IMG/VR virus record: IMGVR_UViG_3300020469_000001
Coordinates: 41,273 to 105,272 of that record
Strand: one strand, 5' to 3'
Source: a virus
Length of the DNA stretch: 64,000 bases
Positions 9,024-16,525 of this stretch are shown here, piece after piece. Numbering within the stretch: the stretch's first letter is position 1; every line of letters starts with the position of its first letter. The translations under genes were made by a program, and so were the position numbers. The notes beneath the pieces were generated by a model that saw only the letters and a list, made by a program, of their open reading frames with translations, ran no database searches and had not been told where the DNA came from.

Positions 9024-9440
9024 TCATAAATTTGTGTATTTTTCTGAACATTTATCCTCCCAGTTCTGAATAGCCTTTCTTATTGCGTCTTCGGCTAGAA
9101 CTGAGCAGTGAATCTTTATTGGCGGCAACTGTAGTGCCTCGGCAATATCTTTGTTCTTAATTTCTTTTGCTTCTTCTATAGTAAGTCCTTTTAACATATC
9201 TACAAACATTGTAGAAGACGCGATAGCTGAACCGCATCCATATGTTTTAAATTTTACATCAATGATTTTTTCTTGTTCGTCAAGTTTAAGTTGTAACTTC
9301 ATGACATCACCACAAGCGGGTGCTCCTGTCATTCCTGTAGCTATATCGGGGTCGTTCGGGTCAAAACGGCCTACGCTAAATTGCTTAGGACTGTTCAGTA
9401 CTCCTTCGAACCTTTCGATAACTTCTTTACTATATGCCAA
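9024..9440 (-). CDS. iscU: Fe-S cluster scaffold IscU
   Basis: MAYS, GAPACGDVM, FKTYGCGSAIASS, LPPIKIHCSVLAEDA. Confidence 0.95.
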   Translation of the reverse strand: MAYSKEVIERFEGVLNSPKQFSVGRFDPNDPDIATGMTGAPACGDVMKLQLKLDEQEKIIDVKFKTYGCGSAIASSTMFVDMLKGLTIEEAKEIKNKDIAEALQLPPIKIHCSVLAEDAIRKAIQNWEDKCSEKYTNL

Positions 9441-9636
9441 TTTTCTTTATACCAAATACATAGTTTTCAGCTGCATCTTCTGCATACGCTTCACTATGTC
9501 CTTTGTAAAATTCGGTAGCTACTAATACACCCTCTGGGTTGTAGAATCTAGCACCAAATACTCCTTTGTCTACGATTGTGTCGGCTCGTAGATTGCCACT
9601 CATGTACGTTGATAGTTCTTGCATTTTTTTCCTCAT
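9430..9636 (-). CDS. hypothetical protein
   Basis: ORF; HSEAYAEDAAENYV motif. Confidence 0.65.
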   Translation of the reverse strand: MRKKMQELSTYMSGNLRADTIVDKGVFGARFYNPEGVLVATEFYKGHSEAYAEDAAENYVFGIKKIGI

Positions 9637-9639
9637 ATT

Positions 9640-10092
9640 TTATTTCAACAACTTCTCCATCAGTTTGCCATAGTTGCCTTGCCCGAAAGGGAGTTCGTTG
9701 ATCTGTACATTTGTCTGATTTTTGACATTTGAGGTTTTTGCTTTTTCTAGTTCTGCCATAGCTTTGATTTCATCCATACGCATTTTGTGTGCCATTTGTA
9801 TTAAATCCGCTAGGTCTTTGTTAGTATAAATTTGAGATTCTTCGCTCTCTTCTAGTTTGCGCTCAATAATATCGTCAAGTGTGTTTGCTAATTTAAAACG
9901 ATTTCTGTAACCTGTATCTAGATACACTTGATCGATGTACGCTTTGATTTCCCGTTTTCCTAAAAATTCTTGCACGGTGTTTTCATCTATTTTCATTCTG
10001 GCGCACACGGCTGGTATGCTTCCTAATTCTAGATAGTTGTTCGCTATTTCAAGCCCTTCTGGACTCATCTTGGTTACAATTTCATTTTTCAT
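9640..10092 (-). CDS. T5-type terminase small subunit
   Basis: SPEGLEIANNYL, GYRNR, IERKLEE, AHKMRMDE, NQTNVQIN recall T5 TerS; start set at ATG 10092, just downstream of a promoter. Confidence 0.8.
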   Translation of the reverse strand: MKNEIVTKMSPEGLEIANNYLELGSIPAVCARMKIDENTVQEFLGKREIKAYIDQVYLDTGYRNRFKLANTLDDIIERKLEESEESQIYTNKDLADLIQMAHKMRMDEIKAMAELEKAKTSNVKNQTNVQINELPFGQGNYGKLMEKLLK

Positions 10093-10098
10093 ATTTTG

Positions 10099-10127
10099 AT
10101 TATACCAAATTTTAATCCTCGTGTCAA
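10099..10127 (-). promoter_or_regulatory. sigma70 promoter for terS operon (leaderless)
   Basis: TTGACA-17 bp-TATAAT, with ATG 6 nt downstream. Confidence 0.8.
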
Positions 10128-10264
10128 GAAGTATTTTCGTATGCATCGTCACGATGCTCTGTGCGCGTCTTTTTACTCTTTTCCAAAAAATCCAAAAGTC
10201 GTACGCGCAGGGGGGTGTGGGCGAGACAGGGGAGCAAGGTCTACTAACCCCCCTATCATATATG

Positions 10265-10447
10265 CTAGACTGTGTCAACTGTTCTTTCAAGAAAACTGCC
10301 AAAGGGCGATTCTTGAAGGCTCACTACTTGACATCTATTATCAAATCTTTTCTTTTGCTCATCACAGATTTTTTCTGCTATTGCTTTTGCTTCTTCGTCA
10401 TTCTCACACCAAATATTTAATGAGAATTCTACTCTATATCTTTCCAT
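10265..10447 (-). CDS. hypothetical protein
   Basis: ORF with GGAGG RBS. Confidence 0.6.
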   Translation of the reverse strand: MERYRVEFSLNIWCENDEEAKAIAEKICDEQKKRFDNRCQVVSLQESPFGSFLERTVDTV

Positions 10448-10448
10448 A

Positions 10449-10586
10449 TTATTTGCCCTCCAATTTAATTTTTAGCTTATGGATTCTATTTGAAATATTG
10501 AAATACATTTTTGAGCCAACTCTAACTTGCTTTCTAGCTTTGAGCCAAACTTGAATTTCCCTTTCCATTTCTTTTTTCGTTTTCAT
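10449..10586 (-). CDS. small basic hypothetical protein (leaderless)
   Basis: Read manually: MKTKKEMEREIQVWLKARKQ...; TTGCAA-17-TATAAT ending 6 nt upstream. Confidence 0.5.
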   Translation of the reverse strand: MKTKKEMEREIQVWLKARKQVRVGSKMYFNISNRIHKLKIKLEGK

Positions 10587-10647
10587 AATATAATTATACA
10601 CTCCTTATTTTAAATTTGCAAATCTTTTTTTCTTAAAAACTTGAACA

Positions 10648-10712
10648 TGGTTTAAAATTTGTTTACCCTTCGGGTTAATCTAAACTTGTTTAGATAAACA
10701 AATTTTAAACCA
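10648..10712. repeat. T/Y-shaped palindrome, copy 1
   Basis: 17-bp stem TGGTTTAAAATTTGTTT/AAACAAATTTTAAACCA enclosing hairpins ACCC-TTC-GGGT and ATCTAAAC-TT-GTTTAGAT. Confidence 0.9.
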
Positions 10713-10965
10713 CGAACGCCTTTTTGTCAACTTTTGTGACAGATTATTTTTCGGGTTTCTCATACACGATTTTAGCAAAAATGTCAAATTTTGTGACAGA
10801 ATTTTTTGCGAACTTTTGAGAAATGTTTTGCAAACTTTAGAGAAAAGATTTATAATTTATATATTGTTAATAATTAAATGGAGACAATATAAGAATGGAA
10901 ATATTTTTAATACCTATGGGACTGCTAATACTAGCAATCGGATTTATGATTAATGGGGGAAGATA

Positions 10966-11181
10966 ATGCACGATAAATTATACATGCACTTACTGAAAGC
11001 CAAACATCAAGCCGAGAAAGAAAGGCTAGAAGTTAAGCAAAAACTAGACCTATTCAGAAAAGCGAATAGACATGCTAAACTTACTAAAGCGATAGGCTCA
11101 GAATATAAACAATTCGAGAAACAAATCAATTCATATAATGGGTTGATTCGTGGACTGAAAGAAAGACTAAAACAAGGTTAA
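10966..11181 (+). CDS. hypothetical coiled-coil protein
   Basis: ORF track; GGGGA RBS. Confidence 0.6.
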   Translation: MHDKLYMHLLKAKHQAEKERLEVKQKLDLFRKANRHAKLTKAIGSEYKQFEKQINSYNGLIRGLKERLKQG

Positions 11182-11225
11182 AGATGTTGACCTTTAGCAA
11201 CAACATCACAAATGGAGAAAATATT

Positions 11226-11396
11226 ATGGTAGATAAACCAAAATATTATGAAGATATGACTAAATCAGAAATGGTAAAAATCATATCTGAATCAACAGGG
11301 ATTAAACTCCCAGCACTCGAAAGAGCAACGAAGATTGATATTTCTAATATAGCGAAAGCGTTAAAAGTATCGGCAAATTATAAGGGGGCGAATTAA
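11226..11396 (+). CDS. small protein resembling the C-terminal domain of the A2/D3-like proteins
   Basis: TKSEMVKIISESTGIKLPALERA aligns with AKSELVAQLEAHFGIELPTLVKA of 14923..15234; GGAG RBS. Confidence 0.65.
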   Translation: MVDKPKYYEDMTKSEMVKIISESTGIKLPALERATKIDISNIAKALKVSANYKGAN

Positions 11397-12277
11397 TGTC
11401 ACCTCATAGCACGAGGGCAACGCATACTATTGTATGCGTTGTCGATACTGAAACAACTTTTATCAATGAAACGCCTAGAATGGTTTATCATTTTGGGGCG
11501 ACCTTTGGAGACATTGAGCAAGAGAATTCTTTTAATGTTGTTAAAATGGATTATTATGTTAAGGAAGTTATCGAAGATTTATCTTTATTCTTACATCAGA
11601 ATAAAGAGGGGCATAACTTTGGATATAATAAATCTATGGCTAGAGCATTAAAAGACGCTATTAACAATCCTCATAAGGTTAAGAAATGGAAAGATATAAT
11701 AAAAGAATGGCAAGACTATTTACACGCTATGAATGTTCAATATCTTACATCTTATAATTTCAATTTTGATATTGGCACAGATTCAAGCGAAATTGCCACC
11801 ATTAGAAAAACACATCAACAGCTAACAGATAAGACTTTTTTCTTACCTCGTAATGTTGATTATTGTTGCTTAATGGATATAGGGGCAACTTTGTTTATGA
11901 ATAGAAATTATCTTAATTGGGTTAATTCCTTAGATGAGAATGAAAAGAATCAGATGACTACAGAAAAAGGAAATTTATCTTATTCGGCTCAATCTTGTAT
12001 GCGATACATAAACCGAGATTTATGGTATCAAGAACAACATACAGCATTAAGGGATTCATTACTTGAATTTCAATTATTCGCACATTTTTGGGGTAAATGG
12101 AAATCAATAATAAAAAAAGAGTTTGTTAATAATGTAAATACTCCCTCGTGGCAACATCTTAAAAAGGGTTATTCGGCAACGAAAAAACGCCAATTAAGAA
12201 AAGGGATTAAATCGAAAAAGGTTGCTAAAAAGAAAATGCAAATACAAACCGAGCTAAACTTACAAGGGGGTAAATAA
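11396..12277 (+). CDS. DnaQ/DEDDh-like 3'-5' exonuclease
   Basis: VVDTETT (ExoI), SYNFNFD (ExoII), HTALRDS (ExoIII). Confidence 0.8.
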   Translation: MSPHSTRATHTIVCVVDTETTFINETPRMVYHFGATFGDIEQENSFNVVKMDYYVKEVIEDLSLFLHQNKEGHNFGYNKSMARALKDAINNPHKVKKWKDIIKEWQDYLHAMNVQYLTSYNFNFDIGTDSSEIATIRKTHQQLTDKTFFLPRNVDYCCLMDIGATLFMNRNYLNWVNSLDENEKNQMTTEKGNLSYSAQSCMRYINRDLWYQEQHTALRDSLLEFQLFAHFWGKWKSIIKKEFVNNVNTPSWQHLKKGYSATKKRQLRKGIKSKKVAKKKMQIQTELNLQGGK

Positions 12278-12453
12278 TGGCTAAACAATTAGAATTAAAT
12301 TTTGATCCAAAATCGGCAATGGTTAAGGAAATAGAAAAAGATGTTCCAGACTTTAAAAAGAATGGATTTAAAACAAGGGACGAATATTTGGTTGCTTGTG
12401 AATTTGATAGATGTGCAAGGCACATGGAACAAATGAAAGGGGGTAAAAAATGA
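12277..12453 (+). CDS. small protein with N-terminal QLELNF motif
   Basis: Read manually: MAKQLELNFDPKSAMVKE...; TAATG coupling and GGGGG RBS. Confidence 0.65.
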   Translation: MAKQLELNFDPKSAMVKEIEKDVPDFKKNGFKTRDEYLVACEFDRCARHMEQMKGGKK

Positions 12454-12704
12454 GATATATGTCAGAATTTGAAAGGCACGATAGAAAACTTCGTAAAATA
12501 AAAAATTGGTTAACTGTATTAGCTATGCTTTTAATTTTTATAGGATTGCAAGGGTTTTTACCCTTGCCACGCCTTGAATCTACATTTTTCATATTTACAG
12601 GTAATGCCTGTATTTTTTGGGTTGCTATGGTAGATGAAGATAAAAGATTATTTCTTTTTACTTTGTTGATGATAATTGCACAAATTTCTAGGGTGGCATT
12701 ATGA
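12450..12704 (+). CDS. small membrane protein
   Basis: Hydrophobic helices; ATGA overlap. Confidence 0.65.
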   Translation: MRYMSEFERHDRKLRKIKNWLTVLAMLLIFIGLQGFLPLPRLESTFFIFTGNACIFWVAMVDEDKRLFLFTLLMIIAQISRVAL

Positions 12705-13243
12705 CTTTTAGAGGAATGAAAGCGTATCTATATCTTAAACTTATAACTCGATTTTGTGATAGACTTTTTAATATAAATCAGAAAATCAGAATTTATGATT
12801 TAGATGGAACTATAATAGATTCGAGCCACCGAGCAAAGCATAATGAATATGGAAAATTAGATTTAGACCATTGGAAAGAAAACAATACTAAAGAAAATAT
12901 TTTTAAAGATGATTTGCTTCCTATGTATTGGCAACTCGTAGCCGATTATAAGAATGGCGATTATATTATTTTATGCACAGCTAGAGAAATGGGAAAATGG
13001 GATTTAGAATATTTGCATACAATGGGTATTTATTACGATAAAATTTTATGTAGAAATGAAAATGAAAATACTGCCGATTGGAAATTAAAAAGGCGTTTAC
13101 TAAATCCATATTTTAATTTGAAGCCATTTAGAAATATACAAAAATATTTCTATGATGATAACGATTCTAACCTTTTAGCCATTGGCGATATGGGGGCGAC
13201 TTGTTGCAACGCTAAAGAATGGAATAACAAATTTAGCAAATAG
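12701..13243 (+). CDS. HAD-superfamily phosphatase (PNKP/5'-nucleotidase-like)
   Basis: IYDLDGT motif I, CTAR motif II, K, FYDD motif IV. Confidence 0.85.
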   Translation: MTFRGMKAYLYLKLITRFCDRLFNINQKIRIYDLDGTIIDSSHRAKHNEYGKLDLDHWKENNTKENIFKDDLLPMYWQLVADYKNGDYIILCTAREMGKWDLEYLHTMGIYYDKILCRNENENTADWKLKRRLLNPYFNLKPFRNIQKYFYDDNDSNLLAIGDMGATCCNAKEWNNKFSK

Positions 13244-13255
13244 AAAGGGGGAACA

Positions 13256-13284
13256 GGGGCGAGAAATCGCCCCACTTTTTTTTT
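13256..13284 (+). terminator. intrinsic terminator
   Basis: GGGGCGA-GAAA-TCGCCCC followed by T-run. Confidence 0.85.
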
Positions 13285-13369
13285 CAAAAAAAGACTTGAC
13301 TTTTACCCCAAAATCCTGTAAAAAAATCCACAAAAAAACTTGTCACAAAACTTGACTTTTTCTCGTGCG

Positions 13370-13428
13370 TGGTTTAAAATTTGTTTATCTAAACAGATAA
13401 ACCCGAAGGGCTAGCAAATTTTAAACCA
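13370..13428. repeat. T/Y-shaped palindrome, copy 2 (inverted relative to copy 1)
   Basis: Stem TGGTTTAAAATTTG/CAAATTTTAAACCA enclosing TTTATCT-AAAC-AGATAAA and CCC-GAA-GGG. Confidence 0.9.
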
Positions 13429-13632
13429 AGAACGATTTATCAACCTTCACAAATCCATAACACGAAACGCCAAAAATGTCAAGGGTTAATTTTCAAAAAT
13501 TTTGTGATATAATCACTAGGTGAATTTACTTTATAAATATAGAATCGTCATGGAATTAATCAGAACTGTAATTCCTGTTATTATGGTCATATTACAGGGC
13601 ATAATTATTTTTAAATTATTTTCATAAATCGC

Positions 13633-13661
13633 TTGACAATAGGGGCGAAATCGCCGATAAT
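13633..13661 (+). promoter_or_regulatory. sigma70 promoter
   Basis: TTGACA-17-GATAAT; spacer contains inverted repeat GGCGA/TCGCC. Confidence 0.7.
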
Positions 13662-13667
13662 ATTTAT

Positions 13668-13940
13668 ATTGATTGAGAGGGAAACAACCGAAAGGGAAAC
13701 GAACTCGACAGACTAGGAAAGACAACAGAAACATAGACACAGAAACCCACTCTCTAAGAATCGAACTCGCAGAACTTCAACCACCTCCGAGACTGAGTCG
13801 CTGACAAGGTCAACAGGGAATGAACTCAAAATCAAGACAGGCTAGGAAGTCTCGACCAACTAGCCGACCGAGAGGGAAAGGACTCATACTCCGAGATTAT
13901 ATCAAAAGAGATTGTTGGACTTCCCCTCTCACTTTTTTTT
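13668..13940 (+). ncRNA. candidate ~270-nt small RNA
   Basis: Promoter upstream, no ORF, 5' TGAGAGGGAA pairs with 3' TTCCCCTCTCA, then T8. Confidence 0.55.
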
Positions 13941-14093
13941 CACCGATTTTTTCGGAGGACTGCCCCTGCCCGAGATTTGAGAAATCCTGACGCGCCCTGC
14001 GCCAACGCAGTGCAGTGTCGAAACGAAACGTGGTGCGGGTGCGCCAAAGGCAGTGCAGTAACGAAACGAGAGGTCTGCGCAGAGCGATCCGAC

Positions 14094-14113
14094 TTATCCA
14101 CAGGTTATCCCCA
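14094..14113 (+). promoter_or_regulatory. tandem DnaA boxes
   Basis: TTATCCACA (perfect, 14094) and TTATCCCCA (14105). Confidence 0.65.
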
Positions 14114-14217
14114 AGTCTCTGTGGGTATCCCGCCCCCCACCCTATTATTGTATCACACTTTGTCGCTCTTGTCAAGTCTTTTTGAAAATAAAAAACCCGC
14201 TTTCGCGGGTTCTGTGA

Positions 14218-14370
14218 TTAGGAACAGATGTCGATTAATCTTTTGATTGTTTCTGCATTCGCTCTCTCAAGACTGTTTAAGAAACCTTTGTCGGCTCTGA
14301 TTACCACCTCTAATTCTGCAACTAATGTTGCTTTAGTTTTTACAACTTTTTTCGCTTTTTCGTTTTTCAT
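14218..14370 (-). CDS. small protein resembling the C-terminal domain of the A2/D3-like proteins
   Basis: TKATLVAELEVVI...LNSLERA; AAGGAG RBS; terminator hairpin at 14191-14211. Confidence 0.65.
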   Translation of the reverse strand: MKNEKAKKVVKTKATLVAELEVVIRADKGFLNSLERANAETIKRLIDICS

Positions 14371-14762
14371 TTCGTTCTCCTTATTTATAGATATAATTAT
14401 ACGCACATTTTCTAGGATATCAAGAACTATTTTACATTATTTTCAGAAATTACCACAAAACACCAAAAAACCCGCCCCAACTGCCTGAAAGCCCCTGTTT
14501 ATGCGGGTTTCACGGGCACGCTCCGCGCCAAACGCCCAGTGCAGTATCGAAACGAAGTGCGAAAGTGAAGTGCCAAAGCGAAGTGCTAAAACGAACTAGT
14601 CTATAATTAGGTTATTTATAGTATATCATACATTTGGGCGGGTGTCAAGGGAATTTTGCACAAATTTGCGTTTTTTGCGACAAATCGCAACGAAGGTTGG
14701 TGGTTTCGCGTCCCGCCCCCCGAATCAAATGCTGATAAATTATAAATAAATCACATTTATTG

Positions 14763-14892
14763 TTGACACAAGTGATAAAAGCGAATATAATATATACATA
14801 TTAAAAAGGAGGCAAAAGTGAAATACAAGAAAACAATCAAATCAAAGTTTTTTCATAAAATCCTTGACAATAGAAACAAAAGTGGTTATAAT
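14763..14892 (+). promoter_or_regulatory. two tandem sigma70 promoters
   Basis: TTGACA-17-TATAAT at 14763-14791 and 14864-14892. Confidence 0.85.
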
Positions 14893-14922
14893 ATACTATA
14901 TAAAATATTTGGGAGAATACTA

Positions 14923-15234
14923 ATGGCAAACGCTAAAAATTATACAGAAGAAATGGTCAGTCAAATGACCGAAGCATACTCTGCTAACCCTAGTAGAGAA
15001 ACAGTAGACGAACTTGCTCAAACTTTCGGCAAAACAACTAGAAGTATCATTGCTAAGTTGTCAAGAGAAGGAGTATACATCGCTCAACCTAGAACTACAA
15101 AATCTGGTGAACCAGTTGTAGCAAAGTCTGAGTTAGTTGCTCAACTCGAAGCACACTTTGGAATTGAACTACCTACACTTGTCAAAGCAGGTAAGCAAGA
15201 CCTACAAAGATTGGTCGACACAATCGCATCTTAA
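14923..15234 (+). CDS. T5 A2/D3-family DNA-binding protein (possible longer form from GTG 14818)
   Basis: NYTEEM...ELAQTFGKTTRSIIAKLSREGVY HTH-like N-domain; paralog of 19782..20090. Confidence 0.75.
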   Translation: MANAKNYTEEMVSQMTEAYSANPSRETVDELAQTFGKTTRSIIAKLSREGVYIAQPRTTKSGEPVVAKSELVAQLEAHFGIELPTLVKAGKQDLQRLVDTIAS

Positions 15235-15284
15235 TTGTTGAGGAGTGATTACCCTAAGTAATCAATTTTGAAGAGAGTATCTAT

Positions 15285-15350
15285 CTGAGGTAAGTGTCTA
15301 CGGAAGCACACCTAAAGAGGAAGTAGCAAGTTCGACTCTTGCACCTCAGA
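15285..15350 (+). ncRNA. tRNA-like element with truncated anticodon arm
   Basis: Acceptor CTGAGGT/ACCTCAG, D arm GTGT-CTACGGAA-GCAC, T arm GCAAG-TTCGACT-CTTGC; anticodon arm only CCT-AAAG-AGG. Confidence 0.7.
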
Positions 15351-15399
15351 TATCTCTGCTCTGCTCAAAGTTTAGTCAGTAAAAAAATCGCTTTTTCTA

Positions 15400-15428
15400 T
15401 TGACAAATCCTTAAAAAGCGAGTATAAT
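15400..15428 (+). promoter_or_regulatory. sigma70 promoter
   Basis: TTGACA-17-TATAAT. Confidence 0.85.
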
Positions 15429-15551
15429 ATATTTATATTCAAAAAAAGGAAAACCCACTGGGACTGGGCATCTGGAAGTGATGACATAGTTAACACTTAG
15501 AATTAAACTGTTTGCCCTACCCACCTTTCAAGAAATAAATCAAAATTTTTC

Positions 15552-15580
15552 TTGACAAATGGTTAAAAAGTGGATATAAT
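15552..15580 (+). promoter_or_regulatory. sigma70 promoter of large ncRNA
   Basis: TTGACA-17-TATAAT. Confidence 0.85.
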
Positions 15581-15586
15581 ATACTT

Positions 15587-16525
15587 ATATTCAAAAACAA
15601 AAAAGAATAGCAAAACACGGAGTGAAGTACGCCATTAAAGATACTTCTAGTGTGGCGACACGATAAAATGACTGCCGAACGCTCGTTAGATATTGAGAGA
15701 AAGCGTTAGATGAGTTCAATATCCGCTTTTGAGAGTCAGATACAGACATATCCTCCGCAGCAGGAAGCGAGTGTATCTTCGATTGACTTGTCGGTAAAGG
15801 GAGTATAAAAGCACGATAACTGCCAGTAATTCCTACACTAAGTCCCTTTTTCGGGCAGTAGGTAGTAAGCGATTTCGTTGACTGCTCTCCAAGTAGTGTA
15901 TTGGCACTATAAAGTCCTGAGGATTAGTATGAATTACACAGGTAAAACAGTAAATCATACCGTGATTGACGCGTAGATACATCGAGAATATCACGCAGAG
16001 TGAGGAAACCACGCTGATTCTATACCACACCCTCAACCGTTTCGGTAGTAGGAAGTAGAGCATAGAACGAGTAGTAAACCAGTTTGACATTTCAGTGTGC
16101 AAGGTATGAGATAATTTCAAAACCCACCAAGTAATGAGAGCATAAATGCAAACTTCAAGGGCAAGGAAGTTAGAGGAACATATGATGTACTTTAGTTGAG
16201 ACTTCCACGCTACCTGCGAGTGAGAACCCACGCGGCGATTCAGGTTTACCTGTCAAAGTAGTAGGGACATTGGGGGCAGTTAGCAACTTAGAGGAAATAG
16301 ACACCGATTGATGAGTGAGGAAAACAATCGAGTGAGCAAGTGAAAGGTCGATACAACCTCTATTCCAAGTATCGCACTTGCAGTTAGGCATACACTATCG
16401 TTGAGGTTTCGAGTAAAGCAATCCGAGATAGAGAGTAATGCCAAGTTGTAGACCGATATCAGTCTGACAGCGATAGTAAAAAACAAATAGTTTTTTCGAG
16501 GGAACAGCGCGTTCCCTCTTTTTTT
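15587..16525 (+). ncRNA. large (~930 nt) highly structured non-coding RNA candidate
   Basis: Consensus promoter and terminator bound a region with no sense-strand ORF; many local and long-range helices. Confidence 0.75.
16498..16525 (+). terminator. intrinsic terminator
   Basis: GAGGGAAC-AGCGC-GTTCCCTC followed by T7. Confidence 0.9.

Larger units (their letters stand above)
13999..14595 (+). repeat. direct repeats GCGCCAA-N-CAGTGCAGT-NN-CGAAACGA (x3) plus GAAGTGC short repeats
   Basis: Copies start at 13999, 14041 and 14525. Confidence 0.85.

Noticed and set aside
10093-10554. N-terminal extension of terS to 10302 and plus-strand ORFs 10096..10554 and 10121..10420
   Set aside because: The extension crosses the promoter, and T5 TerS similarity starts at 10092; the plus-strand ORFs are shadows
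10648-13428. IS element or transposon bounded by the inverted repeats
   Set aside because: No transposase or recombinase between or near the repeats, and no target duplication seen
13531-14488. ORFs 13531..13740, 13897..14175, 13977..14246 and 14228..14488
   Set aside because: They lie over repeats or regulatory DNA, or are antisense to better-supported features
13999-14595. Possible CRISPR array
   Set aside because: Only three degenerate copies with irregular spacing (42 and 484 bp); no cas genes
15833-16486. Three minus-strand ORFs (15833..16231, 16170..16391, 16280..16486)
   Set aside because: Antisense to a promoter/terminator-bounded unit, with no RBS or protein-like motifs
15587-16525. 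Identification as tmRNA, RNase P RNA or a group I/II intron
   Set aside because: No tRNA-Ala-like ends, no GAGGAAAGUCC P4 motif, no recognisable intron core and no interrupted gene; an Rfam scan is needed to be certain
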